Positions 37,742 through 48,096 of a stretch of DNA of 64,000 nucleotides are shown piece after piece (the stretch's first letter is position 1; each line of letters opens with the position of its first letter). The DNA comes from Phormidesmis sp. (GTDB lineage Bacteria > Cyanobacteriota > Cyanobacteriia > Leptolyngbyales > Leptolyngbyaceae): positions 992,001 to 1,056,000 of the forward strand of contig CBDFJR010000002.1 in assembly GCA_965248535.1 (NCBI GenBank), in the 5' to 3' direction. Under the pieces are notes generated by a model. That model had not been told where the DNA came from. It searched no databases and saw only the letters and a program-made list of their open reading frames with translations. Made by a program: the position numbers and the translations under genes.

Positions 37742-39325
37742 TTAGGCAACTGCCTTCACGTCTTGCTGTCGAAACTCAGTCTCTCCTTGGAGAAATTCGT
37801 CTACCTGCACGCCAATCTCATCACTAACAATTTGGCGATATTCTAAGAAGTGCTCGATTTGGGCACAGACAGCCAGATAGCTGCTTACGCCGCCGGGGTT
37901 ATGACGATACATGCTTGCCAGGTTACGCCAAAATTGCCAGCGAGTTTCGCGAACAATGCCCTGTCGCCAGCAAATCGTGAGGAGGGCCCGGATCATAATC
38001 CAATTCACATTCTTGCGAGTCGCTTTGCCCTTGTTGGGGTAGGTTGCTTCTCCTAGAAGACGATAGTGACGATAGGCGCGATCGAGAAACCGTTTCGGGT
38101 CATATAGTTGCCAAAATGCTTCAACATACTCTTGAGCAATGCCTTCTAACGGCCGTGTTGGCACAAAATTCATCAGAGTAGTCTGATTGATGTTGGCAGA
38201 TTTGCTGCGTAACCGACCTTCTTTTTCAAGTCGATGCCAAAGTGCCGTATCAGGAAGCGCCTGTAACATACTAAACAGCGCTGTTGGAATGGAGGTTTCT
38301 TCGACAAATTTAACGATGCGCGCCCCGGCTCCTGGCTTCTCTCCATCAAATCCGATGATGAACCCTGCCATAACTCGTAGCCCTGTGCGCGTAATGGTAT
38401 GCACGGCTTCACTCAGTGAATCGCGTGTGTTCTGATATTTTTGAGTCAGTGCCAGGCTTTCTTCATCGGGGGTTTCAATTCCTAAAAAAACGGCACCAAA
38501 ATTGCAGAGCACCATTAAATCCATCAGTTCTTGATCTTGGGCCAGATCGACAGAGGCTTCGGTGGCAAAGGAAAACGGATAGCGATGGTCTATCATCCAA
38601 GGCTGAAGGTCTTTGAGAAAGAGTTTGACATTGCGTTTATTGCCGATGAAGTTGTCATCCACCATAAAAATGCTGCGTCGCCAACCAAGTTGGTAGAGCC
38701 GATCGAGTTCGGCTAGCAATTGTTCAGGGTTTTTGGTTCTGGGTTTGCGACCATAAAGCACGATGATGTCGCAAAATTCACACTGAAAAGGACACCCTCG
38801 CGAGAACTGAACTGACATCTCAGCGTAAGCATCAAATTCGAGTAGATCAAATCGGGGAACTGGCGTTTGGGTGACATCCGGTTTAACGCCGTCCGATCGA
38901 AAAATGCCAGAGCGATCGCCCCGTGAAATTGCTTCAATAAACAGGGGCAGCGTGATTTCTCCCTCATCTAAAATTAGGTAGTCGGCACCTGCTAACTTTG
39001 CATCGTCTGGTAGGGCAGTGGGGTAAGGCCCACCCACAGCAACCTGCTTGTGGCGGCGCTTTGCCTCTTGAATCTGGTCGAGTAAATCCTCTTTCTGCAC
39101 AATCATGGCAGATAGGATGACTAAATCTGCCCAAGCCCATTCATCTTCTGTAACAGCACGCACGTTGCGATCGACTAACTTAAACTCCCACGCCTGCGGC
39201 AACATCGCGGCCACTGTGACCAACCCTAAAGGTGGCAACATTGCTTTCCGGTCTAGCAATGCCAGCGTTTTCTCAAACGACCAAAAACTTTTAGGAAAGA
39301 GCGGATACAAAAGTAAGACGTTCAT
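37742..39325 (-). CDS. B12-binding domain radical SAM protein
   Basis: PPLGL, GGPYPT and RGCPFQCEFC (CxxxCxxC). Confidence 0.9.
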   Translation of the reverse strand: MNVLLLYPLFPKSFWSFEKTLALLDRKAMLPPLGLVTVAAMLPQAWEFKLVDRNVRAVTEDEWAWADLVILSAMIVQKEDLLDQIQEAKRRHKQVAVGGPYPTALPDDAKLAGADYLILDEGEITLPLFIEAISRGDRSGIFRSDGVKPDVTQTPVPRFDLLEFDAYAEMSVQFSRGCPFQCEFCDIIVLYGRKPRTKNPEQLLAELDRLYQLGWRRSIFMVDDNFIGNKRNVKLFLKDLQPWMIDHRYPFSFATEASVDLAQDQELMDLMVLCNFGAVFLGIETPDEESLALTQKYQNTRDSLSEAVHTITRTGLRVMAGFIIGFDGEKPGAGARIVKFVEETSIPTALFSMLQALPDTALWHRLEKEGRLRSKSANINQTTLMNFVPTRPLEGIAQEYVEAFWQLYDPKRFLDRAYRHYRLLGEATYPNKGKATRKNVNWIMIRALLTICWRQGIVRETRWQFWRNLASMYRHNPGGVSSYLAVCAQIEHFLEYRQIVSDEIGVQVDEFLQGETEFRQQDVKAVA

Positions 39326-39529
39326 TTTAAACTCAGCTAGTGAAAAGGAGACGGTTGAATCAAGTCACAATCCTTGACCACAGATTAGCGACGCAAGTCA
39401 AATCTTTCTCCTCTGAAGGGAGACTCAACTAATATCAAAATGTTCCACCAGCATAGAACTCTGTGTGAATAACTCATTTATTGAAAGCTGGAGAACGATC
39501 GTCGAACTAAGTCCTGACACGTTCCAGCA

Positions 39530-39560
39530 AAAAGCCCTCCACGTGATGTGGAGGGCTTTT
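39530..39560. terminator. Intrinsic terminator downstream of psbA
   Basis: AAAAGCCCTCCAC-GTGAT-GTGGAGGGCTTTT hairpin. Confidence 0.75.
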
Positions 39561-39591
39561 TTGATTCAGACTCACTCAACCGAAGCTGAGA

Positions 39592-40674
39592 TTATCCGTG
39601 GATGGAAGGCGCAGAGAGTGCGACAGGTGCAGCATCTCCCGATGCCAAATCTAGAGGGAAGTTGTGAGCGTTCCGCTCGTGCATCACTTCCATCCCCAAG
39701 TTGGCACGGTTGATCACATCCGCCCAGGTGCTCACCACTCGACCCTGAGAGTCGATGATGCTCTGGTTGAAGTTGAACCCGTTCAGGTTGAATGCCATCG
39801 TGCTCACGCCCAGTGCCGTGAACCAGATGCCTACGACTGGCCATGCGCCGAGGAGGAAGTGCAGGGAACGTGAGTTGTTGAACGAGGCGTATTGGAAGAT
39901 CAACCGACCGAAGTAGCCGTGCGCTGCCACGATGTTGTAGGTCTCTTCCTCTTGCCCAAACTTGTAGCCTGCATTCTGCGATTCGTTCTCGGTCGTCTCT
40001 CTCACTAGCGAGGAGGTCACCAATGAACCGTGCATGGCACTGAATAAGCTACCACCGAAGACTCCAGCGACTCCCAACATGTGGAAGGGGTGCATCAAGA
40101 TGTTGTGCTCGGCTTGAAACACTAACATGAAGTTGAACGTGCCACTGATGCCGAGGGGCATGCCGTCCGAGAAAGACCCTTGTCCGATCGGGTAGATCAA
40201 AAAGACCGCCGTTGCAGCCGCCACAGGTGCGGAGTAAGCGACGCAGATCCACGGACGCATCCCGAGTCGGTAGGAGAGTTCCCACTCACGTCCCATGTAG
40301 CAGAAGATGCCGAGTAGGAAGTGCAGAACCACGAGTTGGTAAGGTCCGCCGTTGTACAGCCACTCGTCTAAGGATGCGGCTTCCCAAATCGGGTAGAAGT
40401 GTAAGCCAATGGCGTTAGAGGACGGAACCACAGCACCGGAGATGATGTTGTTGCCGTACATTAAGGAACCGGCTACTGGCTCGCGGATGCCGTCGATGTC
40501 TACAGGAGGCGCTGCGATGAACGCGATGATGAAGCAGATGGTCGCAGAAAGTAGGGTGGGAATCATCAGAACCCCGAACCAGCCTACATACAGGCGGTTG
40601 TCGGTGCTGGTGACCCAAGAGCAAAACTGCTCCCAGAGGTTGGCGCTTTCGCGTCTTTGAATCGTAGTTGTCAT
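39592..40674 (-). CDS. psbA: Photosystem II D1 protein (Glu130 form)
   Basis: 360 aa [10 protein letters not shown]...[13 protein letters not shown]; Mn-cluster ligands intact. Confidence 0.98.
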   Translation of the reverse strand: MTTTIQRRESANLWEQFCSWVTSTDNRLYVGWFGVLMIPTLLSATICFIIAFIAAPPVDIDGIREPVAGSLMYGNNIISGAVVPSSNAIGLHFYPIWEAASLDEWLYNGGPYQLVVLHFLLGIFCYMGREWELSYRLGMRPWICVAYSAPVAAATAVFLIYPIGQGSFSDGMPLGISGTFNFMLVFQAEHNILMHPFHMLGVAGVFGGSLFSAMHGSLVTSSLVRETTENESQNAGYKFGQEEETYNIVAAHGYFGRLIFQYASFNNSRSLHFLLGAWPVVGIWFTALGVSTMAFNLNGFNFNQSIIDSQGRVVSTWADVINRANLGMEVMHERNAHNFPLDLASGDAAPVALSAPSIHG

Positions 40675-40734
40675 GGTAATAATGAGTGCTTTGGAATGTA
40701 TGGGTGGCAGGGCGGTTTCCCGACCTACCTCTCT

Positions 40735-40763
40735 ACAATAAAGCAATTATTTCTTTTTGTAAA
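40735..40763 (-). promoter_or_regulatory. sigma70-type psbA promoter
   Basis: TTTACA-N17-TATTGT on the minus strand, ~60 nt upstream of the ATG. Confidence 0.6.
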
Positions 40764-40887
40764 GCAGCAAATTAAGATTGCTCTCGTATTGTGTGAATTA
40801 ACCGTAACAAAGCCTGATCTCTGGGGTCTGAGATCGGACTTTCTGAGAAGAAGATGAAGTCTCTGTCAGGCTGTTTATAAAAGTTGA

Positions 40888-41907
40888 CTAAAGTTTGAGA
40901 TTGGTTAGAGCTTGTTTAATATCCAGGTTGACAAACCGATCGGCGGCTAGATAAACCCAAGAATAAGAGCGCTGAGTGTCTTGGTAGATGCGCTCAAACC
41001 CCAGCACCCGTCTCAGTTCTTCGTGAATTGGGTGAAGCACGAGCGAGTAGAGGTCGCAAAGCTGAGGAAAGTCAGACTGCATCCGCTTTAAGGTTTCTTG
41101 CGTGTCTTCTAAAAGCTGATAGAGAGTTGCAGGATTAAAAAAGGGAGGGTCGATAATCCAGGCGCGGATGTAAACCGAGGTGCAGTTCTCATCTTTTAGG
41201 GCTGCCATTTTAAAAGGGTCTACCGGGTTGTCAGAGGTGAGATAAAAACTTTTGCTGGGCGGTTGGAAGAAATTAAACTCTGACTCACTGCTGACGGGAA
41301 ACAGAATCATCACGCCAGCCACATTCAGGTTGTCTGTTCGCCGAATGACCCGCATCCCTGCTGGATAGTCTTGGGCCCAAGCTCTCAAGACTCTGGCGAT
41401 TTTGGCAATCACCGATCCGTCTCGAATCAGTTCGGCATAGCTACGGGCATAGAGATAAGCAACCGGAATGGCATCGGTGCGAGGGTTAAAATCGTCCATG
41501 AACAACTCTACTGGCTCTTCAATTTGAAGCAGGGTCAGTTCAGGTAAAGACCGCACTTGCAAACACAGCGTCTGGCCGTCGTATTGCTTCTCTAACAGAC
41601 CTAGGGCAGCTAGGCGATCGATCATCATGCCAGCGGCCCGATCGCTGCCCCGTTCTTGATCTCCATAAAACAATTCTGCTGCCTCTCGGTGAGTGCAGGC
41701 GATCGAGCCTTCGGGCGGTTCTAGACTCATGAGGGGCTGCGGCAAGATTCCTGCTAGCTCTTCTTGTTTTTTAAGCAGCAAATAAGCCCAAAGTCTGACA
41801 AAACACTCTGCTCGACGACGAGTTAACCCGCCTCGTTTTTGAAGCATGGAAGCATAGAGCTTTTGGCGATCGAGCGGGAATAATTTATCTAGGAAACTGG
41901 GGTTCAT
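40888..41907 (-). CDS. Hypothetical protein (339 aa), possibly N-terminal wHTH plus GNAT-like C-terminal region
   Basis: Long ORF; THREAAELFY...RAAGMMIDRLAALGLL is wHTH-like. Confidence 0.7.
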   Translation of the reverse strand: MNPSFLDKLFPLDRQKLYASMLQKRGGLTRRRAECFVRLWAYLLLKKQEELAGILPQPLMSLEPPEGSIACTHREAAELFYGDQERGSDRAAGMMIDRLAALGLLEKQYDGQTLCLQVRSLPELTLLQIEEPVELFMDDFNPRTDAIPVAYLYARSYAELIRDGSVIAKIARVLRAWAQDYPAGMRVIRRTDNLNVAGVMILFPVSSESEFNFFQPPSKSFYLTSDNPVDPFKMAALKDENCTSVYIRAWIIDPPFFNPATLYQLLEDTQETLKRMQSDFPQLCDLYSLVLHPIHEELRRVLGFERIYQDTQRSYSWVYLAADRFVNLDIKQALTNLKL

Positions 41908-42411
41908 GGGGCAGACCCATTCTATGAGAGTGGATTTGGAAAAAGACCCGATCGGGTGAAGCGTTTACAAACTAGTCAATCGATAATCCGGTGCATAGGC
42001 TGCTTATTAGCTTTGCGCGAATCGATCGGTCTTAAGAATTTGTTTCACCAAAAAATTCAGTCAAACTGCCGAGAGAGTAGGCTGGGTGCTGTTGTGACAG
42101 GCACTTACTAGTCTAGGTTGGAACTATTAAACTTTCACAAATGTTGAGTCACAGATTTGGCGGTCACCACTGAGCTTTGGGTTTAACTGACCATTGCTCA
42201 CGGTTAACTGCGCGTCTGGGACAGTCGTCCTAGAGTCATATTATTTCCTCTAGATGGAAAACCTCGAAAACTTCATACTACTTCAGGTTGTTTCACCTTC
42301 TTTCAGATTGTTGAGAGTCTCTTCACTATCTTAGACAGCCTTGCAGCCTGCTCATTGCGTGTTCAGAATCACAGGTAGCAATATATCTCCAGTGCCTGAG
42401 GATTTTGCCCC

Positions 42412-43146
42412 ATGACAGCCCGTTTGTTTGCAGTGCCCCCACAGCTTCAGCTATCAGTTCGCGCTCGATCGAAATTTCAATTGTCTAAGCGAGACCTAGA
42501 AGACACGACTTCTCGTGTGGTCTCTGCTCAATGCCCAACGCCTCCTGACACAAAGCATTTAGAAGCAGATATGCCTCTAGAAAGCCTTGAGTCAGATGAG
42601 CTTTGGAGTCATTTGGTCGAGTCAATGCCAGAAGGCGTGATCGTCGTTAGTCAAACTGTACGACCCATCTACACCAACTCAAAAGCGAAGCGGCTTTGTC
42701 AGCAGCTAAACTCAGAAGAAGGGCAGAGTGCCAGTCTTTTAGACGTAGTTGCCGAGGTCTGTCGGCGGTTGCTCAAAGCAGAGCCGCAGCACAAGTTTCT
42801 GATTGCGGAGTATCAGGGGCTTCAGGGACGCAGCGTTCGCTTACGGGCTAGTTGGTTGTCTACTAACACCCCCCGACCTGGCTTGAAAAACAATGAGCCA
42901 CACATTCTAGTTTTGCTAGAGGATTGTTATGAGACGCTGAAGGAAAATCTGTGGATCGATCGTCAAAAATATGACTTGACCGATCGAGAAGCCGAAATCT
43001 GGATGCTGTTGCGCCAGGAATATACCTACCAGGAAATTGCAGAGATTTTGCAGATTAGTCTTAATACTGTCAAGACTCATGTGAAAAACGTCTATGCCAA
43101 GCGCCGAAGCGTAGTCGGGCAGGAAAAAATTTGGTATTCCAACTAA
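42412..43146 (+). CDS. PAS-like plus LuxR HTH transcriptional regulator
   Basis: ESMPEGVIVV..IYTN (PAS-like); LTDREAEI...ISLNTVKTHVKNVYAK. Confidence 0.85.
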   Translation: MTARLFAVPPQLQLSVRARSKFQLSKRDLEDTTSRVVSAQCPTPPDTKHLEADMPLESLESDELWSHLVESMPEGVIVVSQTVRPIYTNSKAKRLCQQLNSEEGQSASLLDVVAEVCRRLLKAEPQHKFLIAEYQGLQGRSVRLRASWLSTNTPRPGLKNNEPHILVLLEDCYETLKENLWIDRQKYDLTDREAEIWMLLRQEYTYQEIAEILQISLNTVKTHVKNVYAKRRSVVGQEKIWYSN

Positions 43147-43277
43147 ATTCAGTTGACTGGCTTAGGTCACCCATTCTCGATCAACCATGCTAGAGATTAA
43201 AGAAGACTCTAGATTTTAGACTCTTAGGGTCTTGGGTCTAGAGTTTCGACTTTTTAACCCGTCAACTGGCAAGGTCA

Positions 43278-44261
43278 ATGGGATTTTTTTCACCGATCGT
43301 GACATATAGCCCCGCTTATACCCTGGTTCCCACCTATGAGTGCTTTAACCGATGTGCTTACTGCAACTTTCGAGCCGATCCGGGTACGAGTCCCTGGTTA
43401 ACGCTGGCTGAGGCAGAAAGGGTTCTACATCGTCTAAAAAATCAAGGAGTGATCGAAATTCTGGTCTTGAGTGGGGAAGTTCATCCTCAAAGCGCTCGAC
43501 GATCGGACTGGGTGCAGCATATTTATAATCTTTGTGAACTGGCGCTAACGATGGGATTTTTGCCTCACACCAATGCGGGGCCTCTCAGCTTTGCGGAGAT
43601 GAAAAAGCTGAAGGAAGTCAATGTCTCAATGGGGCTGATGCTAGAGCAACTCACGCCAGAGCTTCTCAAAACCGTTCATCGATATGCACCCAGTAAATTG
43701 CCGGAGGTGAGATCGCAGCAGCTAGCCTGGGCAGGGGCGTTACAAATTCCGTTTACGACCGGGCTGCTGTTGGGCATTGGAGAAACAGAAAGCGATCGCT
43801 GGGAAACGCTAGCCGCGATCGCCCACTTTCAAGAACGCTGGGGCAATATTCAGGAAGTGATTTTGCAGCCCTACAGCCCTGGGCAGACAGAAGCCTGGGG
43901 AGAATCTGCCTTTGAATCAAAGGACTTGCTAGAGATGATTAAAGGGGCCCGCCAAATTTTGCCAGAGACGATCGCCCTACAAATTCCTCCTAATCTTCTG
44001 CAATCAGAGATGTTAATCGAGTGTTTGAGGGCTGGAGCCAATGACTTAGGCGGAATTAGTCCTCACGATGAGGTGAATCCTGATTATCCCCACCCGCGGG
44101 TGGATCAGTTAACGTCCACACTTAAACAGTCTGGGTGGGAGGTGGTGCCCCGGTTGCCGATCTACCCACACTATGATCGATGGCTGCCGTTGCCCTTGCA
44201 AAAAGTGGTGGGCGAGTGGCGATCGCGGCTGGTGCAATCTATCAAACACGAGGAACTCTGA
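43278..44261 (+). CDS. cofG: FO synthase subunit 1
   Basis: VTYSPAYTLVPTYECFNRCAYCNF, PHTNAG, IPFTTGLLLGIGE, DLGGISPHDEVNPDYPHP. Confidence 0.9.
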   Translation: MGFFSPIVTYSPAYTLVPTYECFNRCAYCNFRADPGTSPWLTLAEAERVLHRLKNQGVIEILVLSGEVHPQSARRSDWVQHIYNLCELALTMGFLPHTNAGPLSFAEMKKLKEVNVSMGLMLEQLTPELLKTVHRYAPSKLPEVRSQQLAWAGALQIPFTTGLLLGIGETESDRWETLAAIAHFQERWGNIQEVILQPYSPGQTEAWGESAFESKDLLEMIKGARQILPETIALQIPPNLLQSEMLIECLRAGANDLGGISPHDEVNPDYPHPRVDQLTSTLKQSGWEVVPRLPIYPHYDRWLPLPLQKVVGEWRSRLVQSIKHEEL

Positions 44262-44288
44262 GAGTAGCTTATTTTGTTTTGAAATTTT

Positions 44289-44916
44289 ATGGTTTTAAGA
44301 AAAAACACCCGGACAGAGTTTGAGTGGTTGCTACAAGCTCGCAATGATTACCCTGACCAAACGGCAGCGATCGATCAGCAAATCCAAGACTTGTTTAGCT
44401 GCACTCAAGCCATTTTTGTTCTGGATATGTCAGGCTTTTCACGGCTGACGCTGCGCCACGGCATCCTGCATTTTTTAGGCATGATTCGCCGCATGAGGGT
44501 GATCAGTGAGCCGATCGTGCTTCAGTTTGAAGGCCGAGTGATTAAGCAAGAAGCCGATAACTTATTTGCGGTGTTTCCCAATGTGATGTCAGCGATCGCT
44601 GCGTCTTTCTCGATCTTAGAAGACCTCGCGGCGGTCAACACTGGCTTGCCAGACGATCAAGATATTCATGTTGGCATTGGCTATGGAGGTGCTAATGGTC
44701 GGAGACAACGACCTCTATGGAAGCGAGATGAATCTGGCCTGTAAACTTGGTGAAGACCTAGCCCGCCGAGGTGAGATTTTGCTGACCCAAGCGGCTTTTC
44801 AGGAAGTTCGGCACCATCCTGGAGTTTGGGAGTCCCTCGATCTATCAATTTCTGGCGTGGCTGCCCACAGAGTCCGATCCTCCTCGGCGTTTCGCAAATC
44901 CGTTAAAGTTCTCTAA
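44289..44916 (+). pseudogene. Class III adenylate/guanylate cyclase domain gene, frameshifted near 44685
   Basis: VLDMSGFSRL, KQEADN and GIGYG in one frame; EVLMVGDNDLYGSEMNLACKLGEDLA continues in another. Confidence 0.78.
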
Positions 44917-45805
44917 CTTGGGCAGAGTGGGTTACCCCTAAGAACTCTCGCACCTTATGAAGATAGGTTGGGGTATCTTCTAACATAGGAAAGTGCGCCG
45001 TATTCGGCATCAAAAAATATTCAATCCTGTCATTCAGTTCGGCCGCATGGCGACCTAGCGCTGCCGGAATGATCACGTCATGCTCTCCAGAGACCAAAAG
45101 AGTGGGCACGTTGAGTCGAGCAAATTCATCAGGCATGACTTCTGCCGCCTTTTTGCTGACGCAAGTGAAGATCGTTCCTAACGCTGCATCATAGTCTGCC
45201 ATCAGAAAGTCATCTAGAAAAGCGCGACTGATTTCACCCGATAGAGGACGGTGCAAAAACCGCTGCATAAATAGCCGATCCATAAACGGCAGCTTATAAA
45301 GCCAACGCGGCCGATATTTGACCACATAGCCGCCAAATTTGTAGAACGCATTAAAGGCTTTTTCGTCATATTCAAAAATGCCGCTACAGGTGAGAATGGC
45401 TTTTTTGACCCGATCGCCGTGCAAGTTCAAAAAAAACGTTCCCACAGAAGCGCCCATTGAGTGGGCATTGAGATAGATTTGCCCCAGCCCCAGAGCGTCT
45501 AGCAGCCTCGCCAAGTCTTCCGCATAGCTTTCAAGCTCATAGCTGAGGTCTTCTGGGGTGGCGGGAGGTTGAGCAAGCGGCGGGGTTTCTTGACCATTGA
45601 CCCGTGAGCGGCCAAACCCGCGCATGTCGTAGAGTAAGCAATCAAAGGTATCAGAAAGCGCTCTAGCTGTGCTTTCCCAATAGCGCGAAGACCCACCCCA
45701 CCCGTGGACGAATACCATAATCGGTTTCCCCGTAGGCTGAGGTTGTCCTGAGTCTGTCACCCATTCGTAATAGTGCTGAAATCGATTGACCGTTGCGTAT
45801 GCCAT
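44903..45805 (-). CDS. Alpha/beta fold hydrolase
   Basis: HGWGG, YDMRGFG, AHSMG nucleophile elbow, GEHD, AHFPMLE. Confidence 0.9.
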   Translation of the reverse strand: MAYATVNRFQHYYEWVTDSGQPQPTGKPIMVFVHGWGGSSRYWESTARALSDTFDCLLYDMRGFGRSRVNGQETPPLAQPPATPEDLSYELESYAEDLARLLDALGLGQIYLNAHSMGASVGTFFLNLHGDRVKKAILTCSGIFEYDEKAFNAFYKFGGYVVKYRPRWLYKLPFMDRLFMQRFLHRPLSGEISRAFLDDFLMADYDAALGTIFTCVSKKAAEVMPDEFARLNVPTLLVSGEHDVIIPAALGRHAAELNDRIEYFLMPNTAHFPMLEDTPTYLHKVREFLGVTHSAQVREL

Positions 45806-45872
45806 GGTGGAGCTTCGAGTTTTAAGGGTTGAGTTTTAACAGGATTTGACCTCCGAAACTCAAGCCTTAATT

Positions 45873-47222
45873 TTAAGCTGATTCAGGCTTCGGCAACGAT
45901 GAAGGATGCACTAAAAGCTCGGCAGTAGAGCGTTTTTCAACCATCTCCCGTGTGATCGAGCAGCGAGTCACATCTTTGCGAGAGGGTAGCTCATACATCA
46001 CGTCTAGCATCAGTTCTTCGACAATGCTGCGAAGCGCTCTGGCTCCAGTCTTGCGACGGTAGGCCTCTTGAGCGATCGCTCTCACTGCGTCTTGTTTAAA
46101 GTCAAGCTGCACGTTGTCCATCTTCAGCAGCTTTTGAAATTGTTTCACTAGAGCATTGCGAGGCTCAGTTAGAATCTCCGCCAGTGCGTCTTCATCTAGC
46201 GGGTCAACGACGGCCATCACTGGAATCCGTCCGATGAACTCTGGAATCATGCCAAACTTCACCAGATCATCGGGTTCGAGATGTTTGAGAATATCAGCCG
46301 TGCGCTTGTCTTTAGAGGGCTGATTGTCGCCGCCTTGAACAAAGCCCATCGATCGCTTGCCGATGCGTTGTTCGATAGACTTATCTAGCCCAACAAACGC
46401 CCCACCGCAAATAAACAAAATATTGCCCGTGTCGATCTGAATGCAGTCTTGATAAGGGTGCTTGCGTCCACCCTGGGGAGGAACGTTGGCGACCGTGCCC
46501 TCCAGCATCTTAAGCAAAGCCTGTTGAACTCCTTCGCCAGAGACATCGCGAGTGATGGAAGGATTTTCACTTTTGCGAGCAATTTTGTCGATCTCGTCAA
46601 TATAGATAATGCCGCGCTGGGCTTCTTCAACATCTAGGTCGGCGACTTGCAGCAGCCGCAGCAGAATGTTCTCTACATCTTCACCGACATACCCTGCCTC
46701 AGTCAGCGTCGTCGCATCAGCCACGGCAAAGGGCACATCTAAGATCTCTGCCAGGGTTTGCGCCAGCAGGGTTTTACCACAACCCGTTGGGCCGATCAGC
46801 AAAATGTTAGACTTCTGTAGCTCTACTGCATCATCAGTAGTTGCCTTTCCGCCGCCACTATTTTTGGTTTGAATGAAGCTGAGGCGCTTGTAGTGGTTAT
46901 AGACCGCGACCGAAAGGACTTTCTTGGCTTCATCTTGCCCAATCACCTGCTCGTCGAGATATTTTTTGATCTCTCGCGGCTTAGGAATCTGGCTTAGGGA
47001 AATGTTGGCAGACCTCACTCGACGCTTTTCGGGGGCTTGCTCTTTGCGGGGCACTGGTTGAGGAACAGCGCTAGAGTCAAACAACTCCTCATCTAAAATT
47101 TCGTTGCACAGGTCTACACACTCATCGCAGATGTAAACGCCTGGCCCCGCAATCAGTTTGCGTACTTGCTCCTGAGACTTGCCACAAAAAGAACATTTTA
47201 GATGGGAGTCGTATTTGGACAT
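45873..47222 (-). CDS. clpX: ATP-dependent Clp protease ATP-binding subunit
   Basis: CSFCGK zinc finger, [17 protein letters not shown]. Confidence 0.98.
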   Translation of the reverse strand: MSKYDSHLKCSFCGKSQEQVRKLIAGPGVYICDECVDLCNEILDEELFDSSAVPQPVPRKEQAPEKRRVRSANISLSQIPKPREIKKYLDEQVIGQDEAKKVLSVAVYNHYKRLSFIQTKNSGGGKATTDDAVELQKSNILLIGPTGCGKTLLAQTLAEILDVPFAVADATTLTEAGYVGEDVENILLRLLQVADLDVEEAQRGIIYIDEIDKIARKSENPSITRDVSGEGVQQALLKMLEGTVANVPPQGGRKHPYQDCIQIDTGNILFICGGAFVGLDKSIEQRIGKRSMGFVQGGDNQPSKDKRTADILKHLEPDDLVKFGMIPEFIGRIPVMAVVDPLDEDALAEILTEPRNALVKQFQKLLKMDNVQLDFKQDAVRAIAQEAYRRKTGARALRSIVEELMLDVMYELPSRKDVTRCSITREMVEKRSTAELLVHPSSLPKPESA

Positions 47223-47231
47223 ACCTTCCTC

Positions 47232-47924
47232 TTAACCTAGTGCGGCGACAGGCACTTCCACTTTGGGAAGATTCTGCCGAGTGATTACCTGATCAATTAA
47301 GCCGTAGTCTTTGGCCTCATGAGCCGACATAAAGAAATCGCGCTCGGTGTCGGCTTCAATCCTTTCAAACGGCTGACCTGTGTGTTCAGCCAATAGCTCA
47401 TTGAGCTTGCGCTTATGATAGAGGATTTCTTTGGCCTGGATCTCAATATCCACCGCTTGCCCTTGAGCACCGCCTAGGGGTTGGTGAATCATGATGCGGG
47501 AGCTAGGCAGAGACATTCGCTTACCGTGGGTGCCACCAGAGAGCAGAAATGCCCCCATGCTGGCAGCTAGACCAAAGCAAATAGTCACTACGTCGCAACG
47601 CACCTGCTGCATTGTGTCATAGATGGCCATGCCTGCGGTGACCGAGCCACCGGGAGAATTAATGTAAATTTGGATGTCTTTTTCAGGATCTTCGGCTTCT
47701 AGGAAGAGCATTTGAGCCACTAACGAGTCTGCTACAGCATCATCGACTTGGGTTCCTAGAAAAACGATGCGCTCGCGCAGGAGGCGAGAGTAAATGTCAA
47801 ATGATCGATCCCCGCGCCCGGACTGCTCAACCACCATCGGAACGACGCTAGTCGGAGTCACAGACAGCACTTCTAAGGGAGTCTGGTTGGTAATGAAATG
47901 GTTGGGAGACTTAGATTGCAGCAT
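47232..47924 (-). CDS. clpP: Clp protease proteolytic subunit
   Basis: [30 protein letters not shown]; start uncertain. Confidence 0.95.
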   Translation of the reverse strand: MLQSKSPNHFITNQTPLEVLSVTPTSVVPMVVEQSGRGDRSFDIYSRLLRERIVFLGTQVDDAVADSLVAQMLFLEAEDPEKDIQIYINSPGGSVTAGMAIYDTMQQVRCDVVTICFGLAASMGAFLLSGGTHGKRMSLPSSRIMIHQPLGGAQGQAVDIEIQAKEILYHKRKLNELLAEHTGQPFERIEADTERDFFMSAHEAKDYGLIDQVITRQNLPKVEVPVAALG

Positions 47925-48096
47925 AGAGTCAAAGCGTTGCTTGAAGGCACTTTTGATCAAATTGACTGGCGGATTTTCACGCTGGTCATGCACACATTAT
48001 GCCTTAACTCACCTGAGACTGGGGTCGATCCTCTAAAAAGACTTCCCTTGATCGAGAAGCTCAGTCTCAGGGGGGTTTTAAAGTCTAGGTGAGACT

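Noticed and set aside
39592..40674. Atypical (rogue, chlorophyll f synthase or far-red) D1
   Set aside because: All Mn-cluster ligands and the processing site are canonical
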